A stretch of DNA of 59,589 bases from Candidatus Anderseniibacteriota bacterium (GCA_046350905.1 JAXLZN010000005.1:1-59589); one strand, 5' to 3'. Counted from the first letter of the stretch, positions 42,362 through 54,751 are shown. Numbers and translations are program-made. The notes: a model not told the origin generated them from the sequence alone.

Positions 42362-43738
42362 CTACTCGACGACGTGAACGGTCGTGCCGACCGGCGTCCA
42401 GTCGTAGAGCCAGGCGGCTTGGTCGAGGGGTTCGTTGATGCAGCCGTGGCTCATGGGGTGGCCAAAGTTGTTGTGCCAGTAGGCGCCGTGCAGCGCGCGC
42501 TCGCCGTCAAAGTACATGCTGTCCGGCACGTGCGGCAGGTTGTAGCCCGGCCCCGCCATCGTGTGGTCTTTGATTTTGTTGTAGACGTGGAAGGTTCCCG
42601 GGTAGGTCGGGTAGGTCGAACCTGAAGAGATCAAGAAGCTGCGCACCAGCACGCCGTCATCCCAGGCGTACAGACGCTGCTCCGAGAGCACCACCACAAT
42701 CTCTTTGCCGGTGCTGGTGTAGGGCGCTGCGGCTGAGCCAATCTCTTTTCGCGGTGACGGCTGCGTGGTGACCGGCACGTCGATGCTCGTGGTTGGCATT
42801 GCTGCAACGATGAGGGAGGCAAGCGCCCTCCTTGCAGCAGTCTGATCGAGCACGGTGCCATCGTGTCCCTTGCTGATAACGTAGTCGGTGCCTGCTACGT
42901 AAACCGTCGCAGCAGCAGGCTGATCGACTTTTGACGCAATGTGCTTGACCGACGCATCGATGCCGGCTCCGTTGGCGGCAATTTGGTTGGCGTTGACCAC
43001 GAGCCACGTCCCGACCTCCGCCGGCTTGAGCGTGACGTGCTTGCTCCCCGCATTGATTGTGATCGGCGCCGCCAGCAGCTCTGCCACCTGCGCACGAACC
43101 GGTCCGAGCATGGCTGCGGTGACGCTCGGGGCGAGCGCGTTTTCCTGGAACGCGAGCGGGTCGGTGCGGAACTCAGCAACGTAGTTGACGAGCTGCGCCT
43201 GGATGAGCGAGTAGTCGAACCCAAACCCCGGCACCTCTCCCTGAATGGTGACCGTCCCACCGCGAATTATGATGCGTGCGTCCTGCGGTGGAGTGCGAGT
43301 CTGGGTTGTGAGTCGGGCAATAGCCTCATCAGCTACGACTCGGTCGATGGTCACAACTGCACGTACCGCGTGGGGCTGGAGCGATGCGACTGCGGCGCCG
43401 AACGGATTGCCACCCACGAACGTAAAAGTGCGTTCCTCCAGCCCTGCCAGGGTGCGGCCGTGGTCGATCGAGAGTCCCAGCTCCTTGAACGTGTGCTGGG
43501 TAACCTCTCCGTCGAACAGCAGTGTAATCGGGCGAGCTTCGTACTCGGTCAGGATGCTCTCTGCTCGCTGCTGAGCTTCGTGCTGTTGCAGTAGTCCGAG
43601 GTTGGCGTTACTGAGCGTGGTGTTAGGCAGGACACGTCCGTTTGCTACCGCGCCAAAGACGAGCAGACCGGCAAGCAGCACGCTCAGGGCTGCGCCGACG
43701 TACAACCAACCTACCCTCCAGCTCCTCTTCGTTTGCAT
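42362..43738 (-). CDS. L,D-transpeptidase (YkuD) with peptidoglycan-binding domains
   Basis: TM, central helical region, LHGAYWHNNFGHPMSHGCIN catalytic His/Cys motif. Start MQTK at 43738 lies downstream of TTGACA-N17-TAGAGT. Confidence 0.9.
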   Translation of the reverse strand: MQTKRSWRVGWLYVGAALSVLLAGLLVFGAVANGRVLPNTTLSNANLGLLQQHEAQQRAESILTEYEARPITLLFDGEVTQHTFKELGLSIDHGRTLAGLEERTFTFVGGNPFGAAVASLQPHAVRAVVTIDRVVADEAIARLTTQTRTPPQDARIIIRGGTVTIQGEVPGFGFDYSLIQAQLVNYVAEFRTDPLAFQENALAPSVTAAMLGPVRAQVAELLAAPITINAGSKHVTLKPAEVGTWLVVNANQIAANGAGIDASVKHIASKVDQPAAATVYVAGTDYVISKGHDGTVLDQTAARRALASLIVAAMPTTSIDVPVTTQPSPRKEIGSAAAPYTSTGKEIVVVLSEQRLYAWDDGVLVRSFLISSGSTYPTYPGTFHVYNKIKDHTMAGPGYNLPHVPDSMYFDGERALHGAYWHNNFGHPMSHGCINEPLDQAAWLYDWTPVGTTVHVVE

Positions 43739-43755
43739 GTTTGTGTAACAAGGCA

Positions 43756-43784
43756 ACTCTACCACACGGATTGACATTTGTCAA
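43756..43784 (-). promoter_or_regulatory. Sigma70 promoter for the L,D-transpeptidase gene
   Basis: TTGACA-N17-TAGAGT; the -35 is half of the inverted repeat TTGACA-TT-TGTCAA. Confidence 0.7.
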
Positions 43785-43814
43785 CCCTTGCGAGACGAAC
43801 CAGCAGCTCGTTCG

Positions 43815-44210
43815 CTACTTTTTTGGAGCTCCGCCGCCCTTGAGCACTAGCTCGATCTTGCTCACCACATCCGCGGGCGTGAAGTGCGCCTTGATGATGT
43901 AGTCAGCCGCGCCGAGCTTGAGCCCTTTGTCGACGTCGTCCTTCTGCGAAAGGTTGGTGAGCATCACGACCGGAATGTCTTTAGTCTCGGGGTCTGCCTT
44001 GAGGTCCTTGAGCACCTCAAAGCCGCTCTTCTTGGGGAGCACGATATCAAGCAGCACCACGTCGGGCTTGGCCTCCTTAATCAGCCGAACCGCGACGTCG
44101 CCATCCTCAGCGTGCGGCATTTCGTAGCCACCCAGCTCAAACTTGGTCCGGTACATGTCGGACAGAAAGAGGTCGTCCTCGACCAGAAAGATTTTTTTCT
44201 TGTCAGCCAT
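43815..44210 (-). CDS. Single-domain CheY-like response regulator
   Basis: FLVEDD, VLLDIVLPKKSG (phospho-Asp), MLTN, YIIK. Confidence 0.95.
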   Translation of the reverse strand: MADKKKIFLVEDDLFLSDMYRTKFELGGYEMPHAEDGDVAVRLIKEAKPDVVLLDIVLPKKSGFEVLKDLKADPETKDIPVVMLTNLSQKDDVDKGLKLGAADYIIKAHFTPADVVSKIELVLKGGGAPKK

Positions 44211-44234
44211 GGCGGAAGTGTACCACCGGCGGTG

Positions 44235-45212
44235 CTAGGGCGTCACGAGCAGGGCCAGCGCGTCGGCGAGCACCGGGAGGTGCGGCGCCAGGTAGGGCCT
44301 GACGTGCTCCGCCACGTGGGCGTGCGGCGGGAGCTGCCAGTCCTCTGGCACGAGGCCGAGCTGGTTAAAGACGAACTCGCGCAGCGGGGCGAGGCGGGTT
44401 CCCCCACCGACCAAGACGACACGGTCGACAAAGGCAGGACGTTCGGCCAGTACGCCCTGCAGGTCTGACCACCAGCGCTGCAGGTACTGCGCGACCACGT
44501 GCTGCGTCTCCGTCGGCCAACCGGCCGGGTCGCCGCTGAGCTGCCGCTTGTGCTGCTCGGCCTTGTCCTGGTCCCAGCCGTGCGCGAGGGCGAGCGCCGT
44601 GGTGAGGGCCTGGCCGCCGTACGGGAGGGTTCGCCGCTGGACGAGGTGGCCGCGATCGTAGAGGTACCAGCCGGAAGACTCCGCTCCCTGCTCGAGCACC
44701 GCGGTGCGGGGTGTCTTGGCAAAGGAGCGACCGAGCGCAGTGGGGGTGTGCGCCACGCCCGCGAGCTGCCGGCCGGCGGCATCGACGACGTCACGGTAGA
44801 ACTCGACCACCAGCTTGGGCACGGCGAGCGTGTCGTGGTGCTCGTGTCCTTCCGCGTCGGTGGTCGCGGTCATCGGCCAGGTACTGCAGGCTTGGGTGAG
44901 GTGGTACGCGAGGTTCGCGCGCCGGTGCGGGTGCGCGGCACGCACGATGAACGCGTCGGTTTCAGGGACGACCAAGAGGGTGTGCCGCGCCACCGCACCG
45001 GCGCGGTGCAGGAGCTCCGACAGCGTCCCGACCAGGTCGGCCTGGCCGTGGCGGTCGTGCAGGTACGGCATCACGCCAAAGGTTCTGACCACCGGGCCGA
45101 GCGGACCGTGCTCAACCTCGGCGAGCTTGAGGGTGTGCGCGCCAAAGTCGAGGGCGGCGACGGGTTCGGAGGCGGAGCGGCGCCCGGGTCGTGTGCGGCG
45201 GGAAGGCTTCAC
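44235..45212 (-). CDS. pilM: PilM-like actin-fold protein
   Basis: ALDFGAHTLKLAE, LEQGAESSGWYLY, PYGGQALT, VVLVGGGTRL. GTG 45212 (7 nt after CACAAT) or ATG 45221. Confidence 0.7.
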   Translation of the reverse strand: MKPSRRTRPGRRSASEPVAALDFGAHTLKLAEVEHGPLGPVVRTFGVMPYLHDRHGQADLVGTLSELLHRAGAVARHTLLVVPETDAFIVRAAHPHRRANLAYHLTQACSTWPMTATTDAEGHEHHDTLAVPKLVVEFYRDVVDAAGRQLAGVAHTPTALGRSFAKTPRTAVLEQGAESSGWYLYDRGHLVQRRTLPYGGQALTTALALAHGWDQDKAEQHKRQLSGDPAGWPTETQHVVAQYLQRWWSDLQGVLAERPAFVDRVVLVGGGTRLAPLREFVFNQLGLVPEDWQLPPHAHVAEHVRPYLAPHLPVLADALALLVTP

Positions 45213-45287
45213 GGCCAGCATTGTGCCACGGCTTGACGCCGTTCGCTCCAGAGGTACGCTGGGAGTACACCCGCTTAACGCACCCGC

Positions 45288-45857
45288 ATGATTATCCTTT
45301 GGATCCTCCTCGGCATCGTCGCGCTCGTGATCATCTTTGTGATCGCGGTCTTCAACGGCCTCGTCGGCCTGCGAAACCAGGTCAAAGAAGCCTGGAGCGG
45401 CATCGACGTCCAGCTCAAGCGCCGCTACAACCTCATCCCCAACGTGGTGGAGACGGTCAAGGGCTACGCCGCGCAAGAGAAGTCCGTCTTTGAGAACGTG
45501 ACCAAGGCTCGCGCCCAGGCGCTTGCGGCCCAGACCCCGGCTGAGCACGGCAAGGCCGAGAACATGCTGAGCGGCACGCTCAAGTCGCTCTTTGCGGTAG
45601 CCGAGGCCTACCCCGAGCTCAAGTCCAACCAGAACTTCTTGGACCTCCAGCGCGAACTGTCGCTGACCGAGGACAAGATCCAGGCCGCGCGGCGCTTCTA
45701 CAACGGCGTGGTTCGCGACTACAACACCAAGATTGAGGTGTTCCCGAACAACGTGATCGCTGGACCGTTCGGGTTTAAGAAAGAGGAATTCTTCCAGATC
45801 GAGGGCACACCTGAGCAAGTCGCCCAGGAGCGCGAGACGCCCCAGGTCAAGTTCTAG
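45288..45857 (+). CDS. lemA: LemA family protein
   Basis: AWSGIDVQLKRRYNLIPN, AEAYPELKSNQNF, ARRFYN, FPNN. Confidence 0.97.
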   Translation: MIILWILLGIVALVIIFVIAVFNGLVGLRNQVKEAWSGIDVQLKRRYNLIPNVVETVKGYAAQEKSVFENVTKARAQALAAQTPAEHGKAENMLSGTLKSLFAVAEAYPELKSNQNFLDLQRELSLTEDKIQAARRFYNGVVRDYNTKIEVFPNNVIAGPFGFKKEEFFQIEGTPEQVAQERETPQVKF

Positions 45858-45883
45858 GTCGCACGACAGCGTACAAGAAGATC

Positions 45884-45915
45884 GAGCAGCCCCACGCGCG
45901 AGGCTGCTCTTTCTT
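45884..45915 (+). terminator. Terminator after lemA
   Basis: GAGCAGCC-CCACGCGCGA-GGCTGCTC-TTTCTT. Confidence 0.75.
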
Positions 45916-45936
45916 ATCTCCGACGTAGCGAGTTTG

Positions 45937-46389
45937 CTACCGCTTGGTTGCCACGATTGGCTCCGCTGCACACACCTTGCGGACGACGTGCTCGAGGTAG
46001 GGGTGCACGATGCGCCAGCTAGACCTAGTCGTGACCTCGTGCCGAGGCATGCTGCGCTGTCTGCTGTTCAACCCCAGGTAGTCGAGGTAGGTCCCGTAGA
46101 GGTGCGTGGTCCCCTCCTTGATCGACATGCAGAGGAGCGGAACCATGGCGCACTGTTCGGGCGAAAAGATTTCTTCCCAACGATCCTCGTCGTCAGGCAA
46201 GTCATCAGGCACCGAGACGAACAGGTCGCCATCCCGGTAGATCTCGATCAGTGAGCCTACCTCCTCGAACGGCTGCCGGCACTGGAACTCGAGCACCTTC
46301 CGAAGATCTCCGAACCTGAGCGTCGTTGTCCCCACGTACAGACGCGGGTACGCGATTTGGTAGGTACAGGTAACCACCCTCAACCGCAT
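45937..46389 (-). CDS. Orphan hypothetical protein (150 aa)
   Basis: AAGGAGG RBS 6-7 nt before ATG; family not recognised. Confidence 0.6.
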   Translation of the reverse strand: MRLRVVTCTYQIAYPRLYVGTTTLRFGDLRKVLEFQCRQPFEEVGSLIEIYRDGDLFVSVPDDLPDDEDRWEEIFSPEQCAMVPLLCMSIKEGTTHLYGTYLDYLGLNSRQRSMPRHEVTTRSSWRIVHPYLEHVVRKVCAAEPIVATKR

Positions 46390-46430
46390 CCGTGCACCTC
46401 CTTGGTGTTCTGCCGGGTAGTCCGCGAACG

Positions 46431-46928
46431 TTACGCGGCAGGCGCGAGGTGGTCAAGCAGGTCGATCACCAGCTCGCTGTCGAACCCGCGGCTCAGGAGA
46501 AAACGCGCGAGCCGGTCGCGGCGCTTGCCGGCCGGCAACGTGGCGAGGTCGGAGTGGTGCAGCCGCAGCTCGAGCGCGCGCTGGGCGCAGCCCTGCTCAA
46601 CATTGCGGGTGAGAATGCTCGCAATCGCGCCGTCTATCAGCTCCGCCGGCAGCCCCTTGAGCAGCAGGCGCTGCTTGACAGCCCGTCGTCCGCTCGGGCG
46701 GTGCTCGACGTGCCAGCGCACGAGCTGCGCCGCCAGCGCGGCGTCGTCGAGGTGGTGTTCGCTCGTGAGGCGGTCGAGGGCCGCCGCTACCTCGTCGCTC
46801 GCAAAGCCCTTGGTGCGCAGCTTGTCGGTCAGCTCGCGCTGGCTGTGCGGCCGACGCAAGAGCATACGGGCAGCGGCGTCGTAGGCAGTCTTGTCCACGC
46901 GCTCATCTTGCCATAACCATTCCTTCAT
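46431..46928 (-). CDS. recX: Regulatory protein RecX
   Basis: LLRRPHSQRELTDKL, LDDAALA, LLLKGL, LARFLLSRGF three-helix repeats. Confidence 0.88.
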   Translation of the reverse strand: MKEWLWQDERVDKTAYDAAARMLLRRPHSQRELTDKLRTKGFASDEVAAALDRLTSEHHLDDAALAAQLVRWHVEHRPSGRRAVKQRLLLKGLPAELIDGAIASILTRNVEQGCAQRALELRLHHSDLATLPAGKRRDRLARFLLSRGFDSELVIDLLDHLAPAA

Positions 46929-46999
46929 TTTTACTTCACCTAGGCTGTGCCAGGGTAGACAGCGCTCCGCATAATCCGTAGAGTGCGCTCGCCATTCCA

Positions 47000-49463
<2,464 letters not shown>

Positions 49464-49467
49464 CGCC

Positions 49468-50226
49468 GTGCTCGCGAGCGCGGTTGCGCGGACCGCCGCG
49501 CATGCAGTGCTCGACTACCTCAGTCCTCCGACGTGCGTCAGCTGCCACGCGGCTGGCCGGTGGCTCTGCCGCGCGTGTGCATTTTCGTTGGGCGAGCGAC
49601 CGGCCCTCTCCTGTCCTGGGTGCGGCGCGCCAGCCGAGCACGGGCTCACGTGCGAGGTGTGCCGTGCGCTGGGTTCGCCCCTCGACCAGCTCGTCAGCGT
49701 CGTGGCGTACGAACGCCCTGTCCTGCACAAGCTGCTCTGGACGTTTAAGGAGAGCGGCAACCGCGAGGTGCTGCCGTACCTGACGCAGCGGCTGCAGACG
49801 GTCGCGACCGAGCACGTGCAGCTGGCACCCGAGGTGCGCGCCACGGCCGGTACTGCGCAGGCCGCGGTCGTTCCCGTGCCGGCGCTCCGCCGCCGCGTGC
49901 GCGAACGCGGCTTCAACCAGGCCGAGCTGCTAGCCGGCGCCGTGGCGCGTGGGCTCAAGCTGCCGTTACGGAGTGATGTACTCGCGCGCGTACGCTCGAG
50001 CAGTTCGCAGAAGACGCTTAATGTGCACGATCGGCGCACCGCACTCAAGGGTGCGTTTGCGGTCGCAACGACAGGCGCGGTCGGCATCAGTCCACTCCCC
50101 CGTCACGTCATCCTCGTCGACGACATCGCCACAACGCTCGCTACGCTCGAGACGTGTGCAGGTGTGCTCAAAAGAGCGGGGGTTCGCTCCGTCGTTGGCG
50201 TGGTGCTGGCGCACGCCCAACGTTGA
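49468..50226 (+). CDS. comF: ComF family protein (double zinc ribbon plus PRTase fold)
   Basis: CVSC...LC, CPGCG...CEVC, RGFNQAELLA, ILVDDIATT. Confidence 0.92.
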   Translation: MLASAVARTAAHAVLDYLSPPTCVSCHAAGRWLCRACAFSLGERPALSCPGCGAPAEHGLTCEVCRALGSPLDQLVSVVAYERPVLHKLLWTFKESGNREVLPYLTQRLQTVATEHVQLAPEVRATAGTAQAAVVPVPALRRRVRERGFNQAELLAGAVARGLKLPLRSDVLARVRSSSSQKTLNVHDRRTALKGAFAVATTGAVGISPLPRHVILVDDIATTLATLETCAGVLKRAGVRSVVGVVLAHAQR

Positions 50227-50268
50227 CTGGGGCGAGCCGGCCGACTACGCTCACGTCCAGCAAGCCAC

Positions 50269-50365
50269 GGTGAGGTACTCAAGAGGCTGAAGAGGCGGGT
50301 TTGCTAAACCTGTAGGGCGTGGTTTTCGCCGCGCCGCGAGGGTTCGAATCCCTCCCTCACCGCCA
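50269..50365 (+). tRNA. tRNA-Ser (GCT)
   Basis: Cloverleaf with long variable arm, loop TTGCTAA, G discriminator, CCA. Confidence 0.94.
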
Positions 50366-50400
50366 GGACACTCATATTTCACCACCTACCGATCACTGTT

Positions 50401-50994
50401 ATGCCCATGCGCAAGCTCGTTAAGCTCCTCGCCGCGTGGTTGCCGCTGGCCGTGGTCAGCACGCTGATCTACAGCGCGCTCTACGCGACCGTCCAGCAGG
50501 TCTACCGCACGAGCGCCAACGATCCGCAGGTGCAGATCGCGCGCGATATCACCGCGATCCTCGAAGCCGGCACCAGGCCTACCGACGTGCTCGGCAGCGG
50601 CAGCATCGACGTGGGCAAGAGCTTGTCGCCCTTTGTTGAGATCTACGACAACGACGGTAAGCTGGTCGGCTCAACCGGCAACCTTAACGGCCAAGACCCG
50701 TTCTTGCCGGACGGCGTGCTGGCCTTTACACGTTCACACGCGGAGGATCGCATCACCTGGGAGCCCCACGCCGGAGACCGCTTTGCAGCAGTCATTACGC
50801 GAACGGCAGACGAGAAGCCGCACTTTGTGGTGGTGGCACGTTCGCTCAAAGAGACTGAGGTGCGAACAGAACGGTTGCTCAAGGTTGTGGCGGCGGCTGA
50901 GCTCATCACGCTGGTTGCTGCCCTCATCGCTATCGCGATCTCGCGCTGGATCTTGCTGCGCTGGAAACGTTCTATGCCCAAGCAGCTCCCATGA
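50401..50994 (+). CDS. Two-TM protein with extracytoplasmic Cache/PAS-like domain and no kinase domain
   Basis: TM-loop-TM; SANDPQVQIA...SLSPFVEIYD...ITWEP...VVVARSL. Confidence 0.7.
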   Translation: MPMRKLVKLLAAWLPLAVVSTLIYSALYATVQQVYRTSANDPQVQIARDITAILEAGTRPTDVLGSGSIDVGKSLSPFVEIYDNDGKLVGSTGNLNGQDPFLPDGVLAFTRSHAEDRITWEPHAGDRFAAVITRTADEKPHFVVVARSLKETEVRTERLLKVVAAAELITLVAALIAIAISRWILLRWKRSMPKQLP

Positions 50995-51383
50995 AGGGCT
51001 TTGTCGGCAACATCGAGCAGCTGAGCGAACAGAACGCTAACTTTCGTCGAGTGCTGTACACCGCCAAGCACATGCAGCTCGTGGTCATGTCGATCCCACC
51101 TGGCGGCGACATCGGCGAAGAGGTGCACCAGCTCGACCAGTTTTTGCGCTTTGAGACGGGCAGCGGCGTGGCCGTGCTCGACGGTGTGGAGCACACGATC
51201 GGGGCGGGGTTTGCGGTGGTAGTTCCGGCTGGCACGCGTCACAACATCCGCAACACGGGTAGCGACGACCTCAAGCTCTACACCGTCTACGCACCCCCCA
51301 ACCACAAAGACGGCACGGTGCACAAGACCAAAGCGGACGCCGAGGCAGACGAAGAGCACTTCGACGGTAAGACAACGGAGTAG
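50991..51383 (+). CDS. Cupin domain protein
   Basis: GEEVHQLDQFLRFETG and VPAGTRHNIRN cupin motifs. Confidence 0.92.
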   Translation: MKGFVGNIEQLSEQNANFRRVLYTAKHMQLVVMSIPPGGDIGEEVHQLDQFLRFETGSGVAVLDGVEHTIGAGFAVVVPAGTRHNIRNTGSDDLKLYTVYAPPNHKDGTVHKTKADAEADEEHFDGKTTE

Positions 51384-51388
51384 GCGAC

Positions 51389-51691
51389 ATGGGCAAGCTC
51401 GTTCGTGACAATCTGCCAGGAATCGCGCGTGCGGAGGGCAAGACCTACAACGTCACCGTGGCCAACGACGCCGAGTACGCGGCAGCACTGCGTAAAAAGC
51501 TGATCGAAGAAGCACACGAGTACGTCTCGGCGCCTGAACCGATGGAGCTGGCTGATATCGCGGAGGTGCTGCGTGCGCTGGCCAAGCAGCACAACCTGAC
51601 CTGGGAGCAGATTGAGGAGCTGCGGATCAAGAAAGCCACCGAGCGCGGCGCCTTTGAGAAACGCCTGATCTGGGACGGGAAGAAGAGCTAG
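51389..51691 (+). CDS. MazG-like nucleoside triphosphate pyrophosphohydrolase
   Basis: KLVRD, KKLIEEAHEY, ELADIAEV, KATERGAF. Confidence 0.88.
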   Translation: MGKLVRDNLPGIARAEGKTYNVTVANDAEYAAALRKKLIEEAHEYVSAPEPMELADIAEVLRALAKQHNLTWEQIEELRIKKATERGAFEKRLIWDGKKS

Positions 51692-52710
51692 CGCTGCAGT
51701 AGCTCCGCGTAGATCTTTTTGAGGATCCCACCGACGACACGCAGGTCGTTGGCTTCTGCTGTTTTGCGTGCCTCGCGCCCGAGCCGCTCACGGAGCGCTG
51801 GATCGGCAACCAATCGGGCCACGAGCGGCCCAAAGTCTTCTTCGCGCTTGGCGATCAAGCAGTTCTTCTCGTGCTGAAGCCAGCCACGGTAGGCCGGTAG
51901 GTCGCGAACTACGATCGGCAAGCCGAGCGAAGCCGCTTCCAAAATCGCGATCCCCTGGTTCTCCTCGTGCGACGGAAACAGAAAGATGTCCATGGCTGAG
52001 AGCCAGTCCAGCACCACGTCGACGTAGCCCGGAAAGCGTAGGTTAGATCCCGGACCTGACTCCGGAACCTTGGGGTAGTTGGCTTTGGCAAAGGCCGCGC
52101 CGCACCAGACGTACAGTTCGTCCGGCCGCTGCTCCGCAACGTGCACGAACGTGTCCACGCCCTTGCGCGGCACCACCAGCCCAACCGTACCAACCATGAG
52201 CTGCTCGGGTCGCAGCTTGAGGTGGGCACGCACCCGCGTTCGCCCCGTGTCGGTTCGGACGAGCGTGTCGGTATCGACGCCGTTGGTCACCACCCGTGCA
52301 CGCTCGGGCCGGATGCCGTACTGGGTGATCATCAGCTCGCGCGTGTAGGCCGAGGGGCAGCACAGGATGTCGGCCGAGCCGTAGACGCGCTTGAGGTACC
52401 AGCGCCAGATGCCCACGACGTACTTCACAAACTTAAAGACGCCGATCGAGTCCTCGGCGGTCGAGTGCGCGTACATCACGACCTTGCGGCCGCGCCGGTG
52501 CGCCAGCCACATCAAGAACGCCGACCAGGGCCACCCTACGTTGAGCTGCAGGATGTCCGCGCTGGTGTCGGGTCCCTCGTGGAACGGCACGCCCACCTTG
52601 CGCAGCGCCGCGACTTGGTGCTTGTAGCCCGCCGGCAGGCCGCTGCCCTTGCCCTTGAACAGCCACCCGTCGGCGAACTGGAACCACTCAAAGTAGAGCG
52701 CGAGCTTCAT
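51688..52710 (-). CDS. GT4 glycosyltransferase
   Basis: VVPRKGVDTF, FPSHEENQGIAILEA; ATG 52710 lies 7 nt after TAGGCT. Confidence 0.93.
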   Translation of the reverse strand: MKLALYFEWFQFADGWLFKGKGSGLPAGYKHQVAALRKVGVPFHEGPDTSADILQLNVGWPWSAFLMWLAHRRGRKVVMYAHSTAEDSIGVFKFVKYVVGIWRWYLKRVYGSADILCCPSAYTRELMITQYGIRPERARVVTNGVDTDTLVRTDTGRTRVRAHLKLRPEQLMVGTVGLVVPRKGVDTFVHVAEQRPDELYVWCGAAFAKANYPKVPESGPGSNLRFPGYVDVVLDWLSAMDIFLFPSHEENQGIAILEAASLGLPIVVRDLPAYRGWLQHEKNCLIAKREEDFGPLVARLVADPALRERLGREARKTAEANDLRVVGGILKKIYAELLQR

Positions 52711-52725
52711 GCCCAACAGCCTAGC

Positions 52726-53889
52726 CTAGGGCAGCAGCTTTTCGTACAGGGCGAGCAGGTCAGCCCCGACCGACTCGATCGTGTAGCGCTGGGCGTTGGC
52801 GCGCGCCCCCTCGGCGAGCTTGCCCCGCAAGGTCGCGTCACCGAGCAGCTCGAGCAAGGTCGCAGAAAACGCCGCCACGTCGCCGGTCTTGATCACCCGC
52901 CCGCTCACCCCGTCTGTCACGATTTCCGGCATTCCGCGTTCAGCAAACACCACGCCCGGCAAACCCGCAGCCTGCGCTTCGATCACCGAGACCGGCTGGT
53001 TCTCTGTCAGGCTCGTAGACGCAAAGACGTCAGAAGCGCCAACGGCGCGCACCAGATCGTCGCCGGTGAGCCGGCCCAAGAACAGCACCTGCTGCTCGAG
53101 GCCGGCACGTTTTACCGAGGCTTCGAGCTCAGCTCGCACCGGTCCATCGCCACCGATGAGGAGGCGGGCCTCAGGTAGCGCTCGCAGGACAGGTTCCGCC
53201 GCCTCGAGCAGCACCGGCAAGTTTTTCTCGTAGCTCACCCGACCAAAGTACAGCAGGGTCGGGCCGGTCAGCTTGAGCGCGGTTCGCCCCGCGTCACGCA
53301 AGCTGGGGGCTCGAGCAAAGCGCGCCACATCCACCGGGTTACGCAGCAGCTCGACCGGCACCGTCACGCCGCTCGTACGCAGATCATCCACCATGGCTTT
53401 CGACGGCGCCGTCACCAAATCGCAGCGGTTGTAAAAAGCAGAGACTACCTTACGCGCCATGGTGTTGGCCCCCGGCACGTCGAGCTTAACGTGCCCCATG
53501 TAGTCCTGAATAAACGTGTGGTGCGTGCCGACCAGCGGCACCTCAAACGTCTTGGCCAGTGCGACGCCTTCCCACCCGATCCCAAACGGCGTCTGGACGT
53601 GGATCAGGTTGGGGCGCGACTTGAGCGCCCAGCGCACGCTCTTGAGCACAGTCGGCAACGCTACGCGCATCTCTTTGTAGGTCGGCAGCTCCGCCGACGC
53701 GTAGCGAACCACGCGGTAGCCATCCGCTCTTGCCTGCGCATCTGCCTCGGCGCCGCCGTCTGGCGAGGTCACGGTCGCCACGGTCACCTCGTGGCCACGC
53801 CGCGCCAGCTCGCGCGCCAGGTTGGTAACCACGGTCGCCACCCCGTTGAGCTGGGGCGCGTAGGTATCGGTAAACAGCGCGACGTGCAT
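52726..53889 (-). CDS. GT4 glycosyltransferase, diacylglycerol glucosyltransferase-like
   Basis: FTDTYAPQLNGVAT, VGTHHT, FGRVSYEKN, SLTENQPVSVIEA. Confidence 0.9.
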   Translation of the reverse strand: MHVALFTDTYAPQLNGVATVVTNLARELARRGHEVTVATVTSPDGGAEADAQARADGYRVVRYASAELPTYKEMRVALPTVLKSVRWALKSRPNLIHVQTPFGIGWEGVALAKTFEVPLVGTHHTFIQDYMGHVKLDVPGANTMARKVVSAFYNRCDLVTAPSKAMVDDLRTSGVTVPVELLRNPVDVARFARAPSLRDAGRTALKLTGPTLLYFGRVSYEKNLPVLLEAAEPVLRALPEARLLIGGDGPVRAELEASVKRAGLEQQVLFLGRLTGDDLVRAVGASDVFASTSLTENQPVSVIEAQAAGLPGVVFAERGMPEIVTDGVSGRVIKTGDVAAFSATLLELLGDATLRGKLAEGARANAQRYTIESVGADLLALYEKLLP

Positions 53890-53902
53890 GACGCCGGTAA
53901 GC

Positions 53903-54751
53903 CTAGCGCGCGACGTGGGGCAGCGCACCCTCGCGTTCGAGGACGCGCACGAGCAGGTCGCCGTGGTGGGAGACGAGGTAGTGGCCGGCTTGCGGCACGC
54001 TCACCGCGTTGGCCTGCGCGTGGGTCAGTTCGCGCACCATCTCGCGTGCCTCGCGGCCGGTAAAGAGCGGGTCACCTTTGCCGCGCAAGATCAGCACCGG
54101 TGCGGTGATGCGCTCAAGCCCGCGCACGTGCAACCCAATGTACGTGATCATCAGCCGCAGGTTGACGTCGACCGGCATGCTCTGCAGCCCCTCAAACACC
54201 GAGCCCCAGTAGCTCTTGATCTTGACCAGATCGATGTGCTTGTAGCGCTTGCGTCGATCGAACTTGAGCACGTACGTCAGCCCGCGCGCCGGCCACTGCA
54301 GCAGCCAGCTGAGCCACCCCAGACCCCAGTACCACATCGGGTTGCGGTGGTTGGCTGCAACCAGGACGAACTCGCGGAAGTACCCGGGGTGCGCGAGCTC
54401 GTGCTGGAGCGCGATCGTGCCGCCAGCGGAGTAGCCGAGGACGATGACCGGTCGCGCGGGGGTGACGCCGACTTCGCCGAGCAGCGCGTGCACGTCTTCA
54501 ACGAACTCACGCAGCTCGTAGTCCCGCATGGTGCGGTGCTTGTCCGACAAGCCGTGGCCGCGCAGGTCGGGCACGATCGTCGAGTACCCGCGCGCGTTGA
54601 GTAGCGCGACGAGGGGCTCAAAGACGGTGTAGTTCCCGGCCCAGCCGTGCAGCAGCAGCACGGTGGGCGCGTTCGCTCCAGTTGCGGTGACCCTGTAGTG
54701 CAGCCGGTAGCTCCCGCGCGTGTAGTAGTGGTCTTCTGCCTTAGGCTGCAT
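53903..54751 (-). CDS. Alpha/beta hydrolase
   Basis: LLLHGW, PDLRGHGLS, nucleophile GYSAG, acid GDP, His in AGHY. Confidence 0.92.
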   Translation of the reverse strand: MQPKAEDHYYTRGSYRLHYRVTATGANAPTVLLLHGWAGNYTVFEPLVALLNARGYSTIVPDLRGHGLSDKHRTMRDYELREFVEDVHALLGEVGVTPARPVIVLGYSAGGTIALQHELAHPGYFREFVLVAANHRNPMWYWGLGWLSWLLQWPARGLTYVLKFDRRKRYKHIDLVKIKSYWGSVFEGLQSMPVDVNLRLMITYIGLHVRGLERITAPVLILRGKGDPLFTGREAREMVRELTHAQANAVSVPQAGHYLVSHHGDLLVRVLEREGALPHVAR

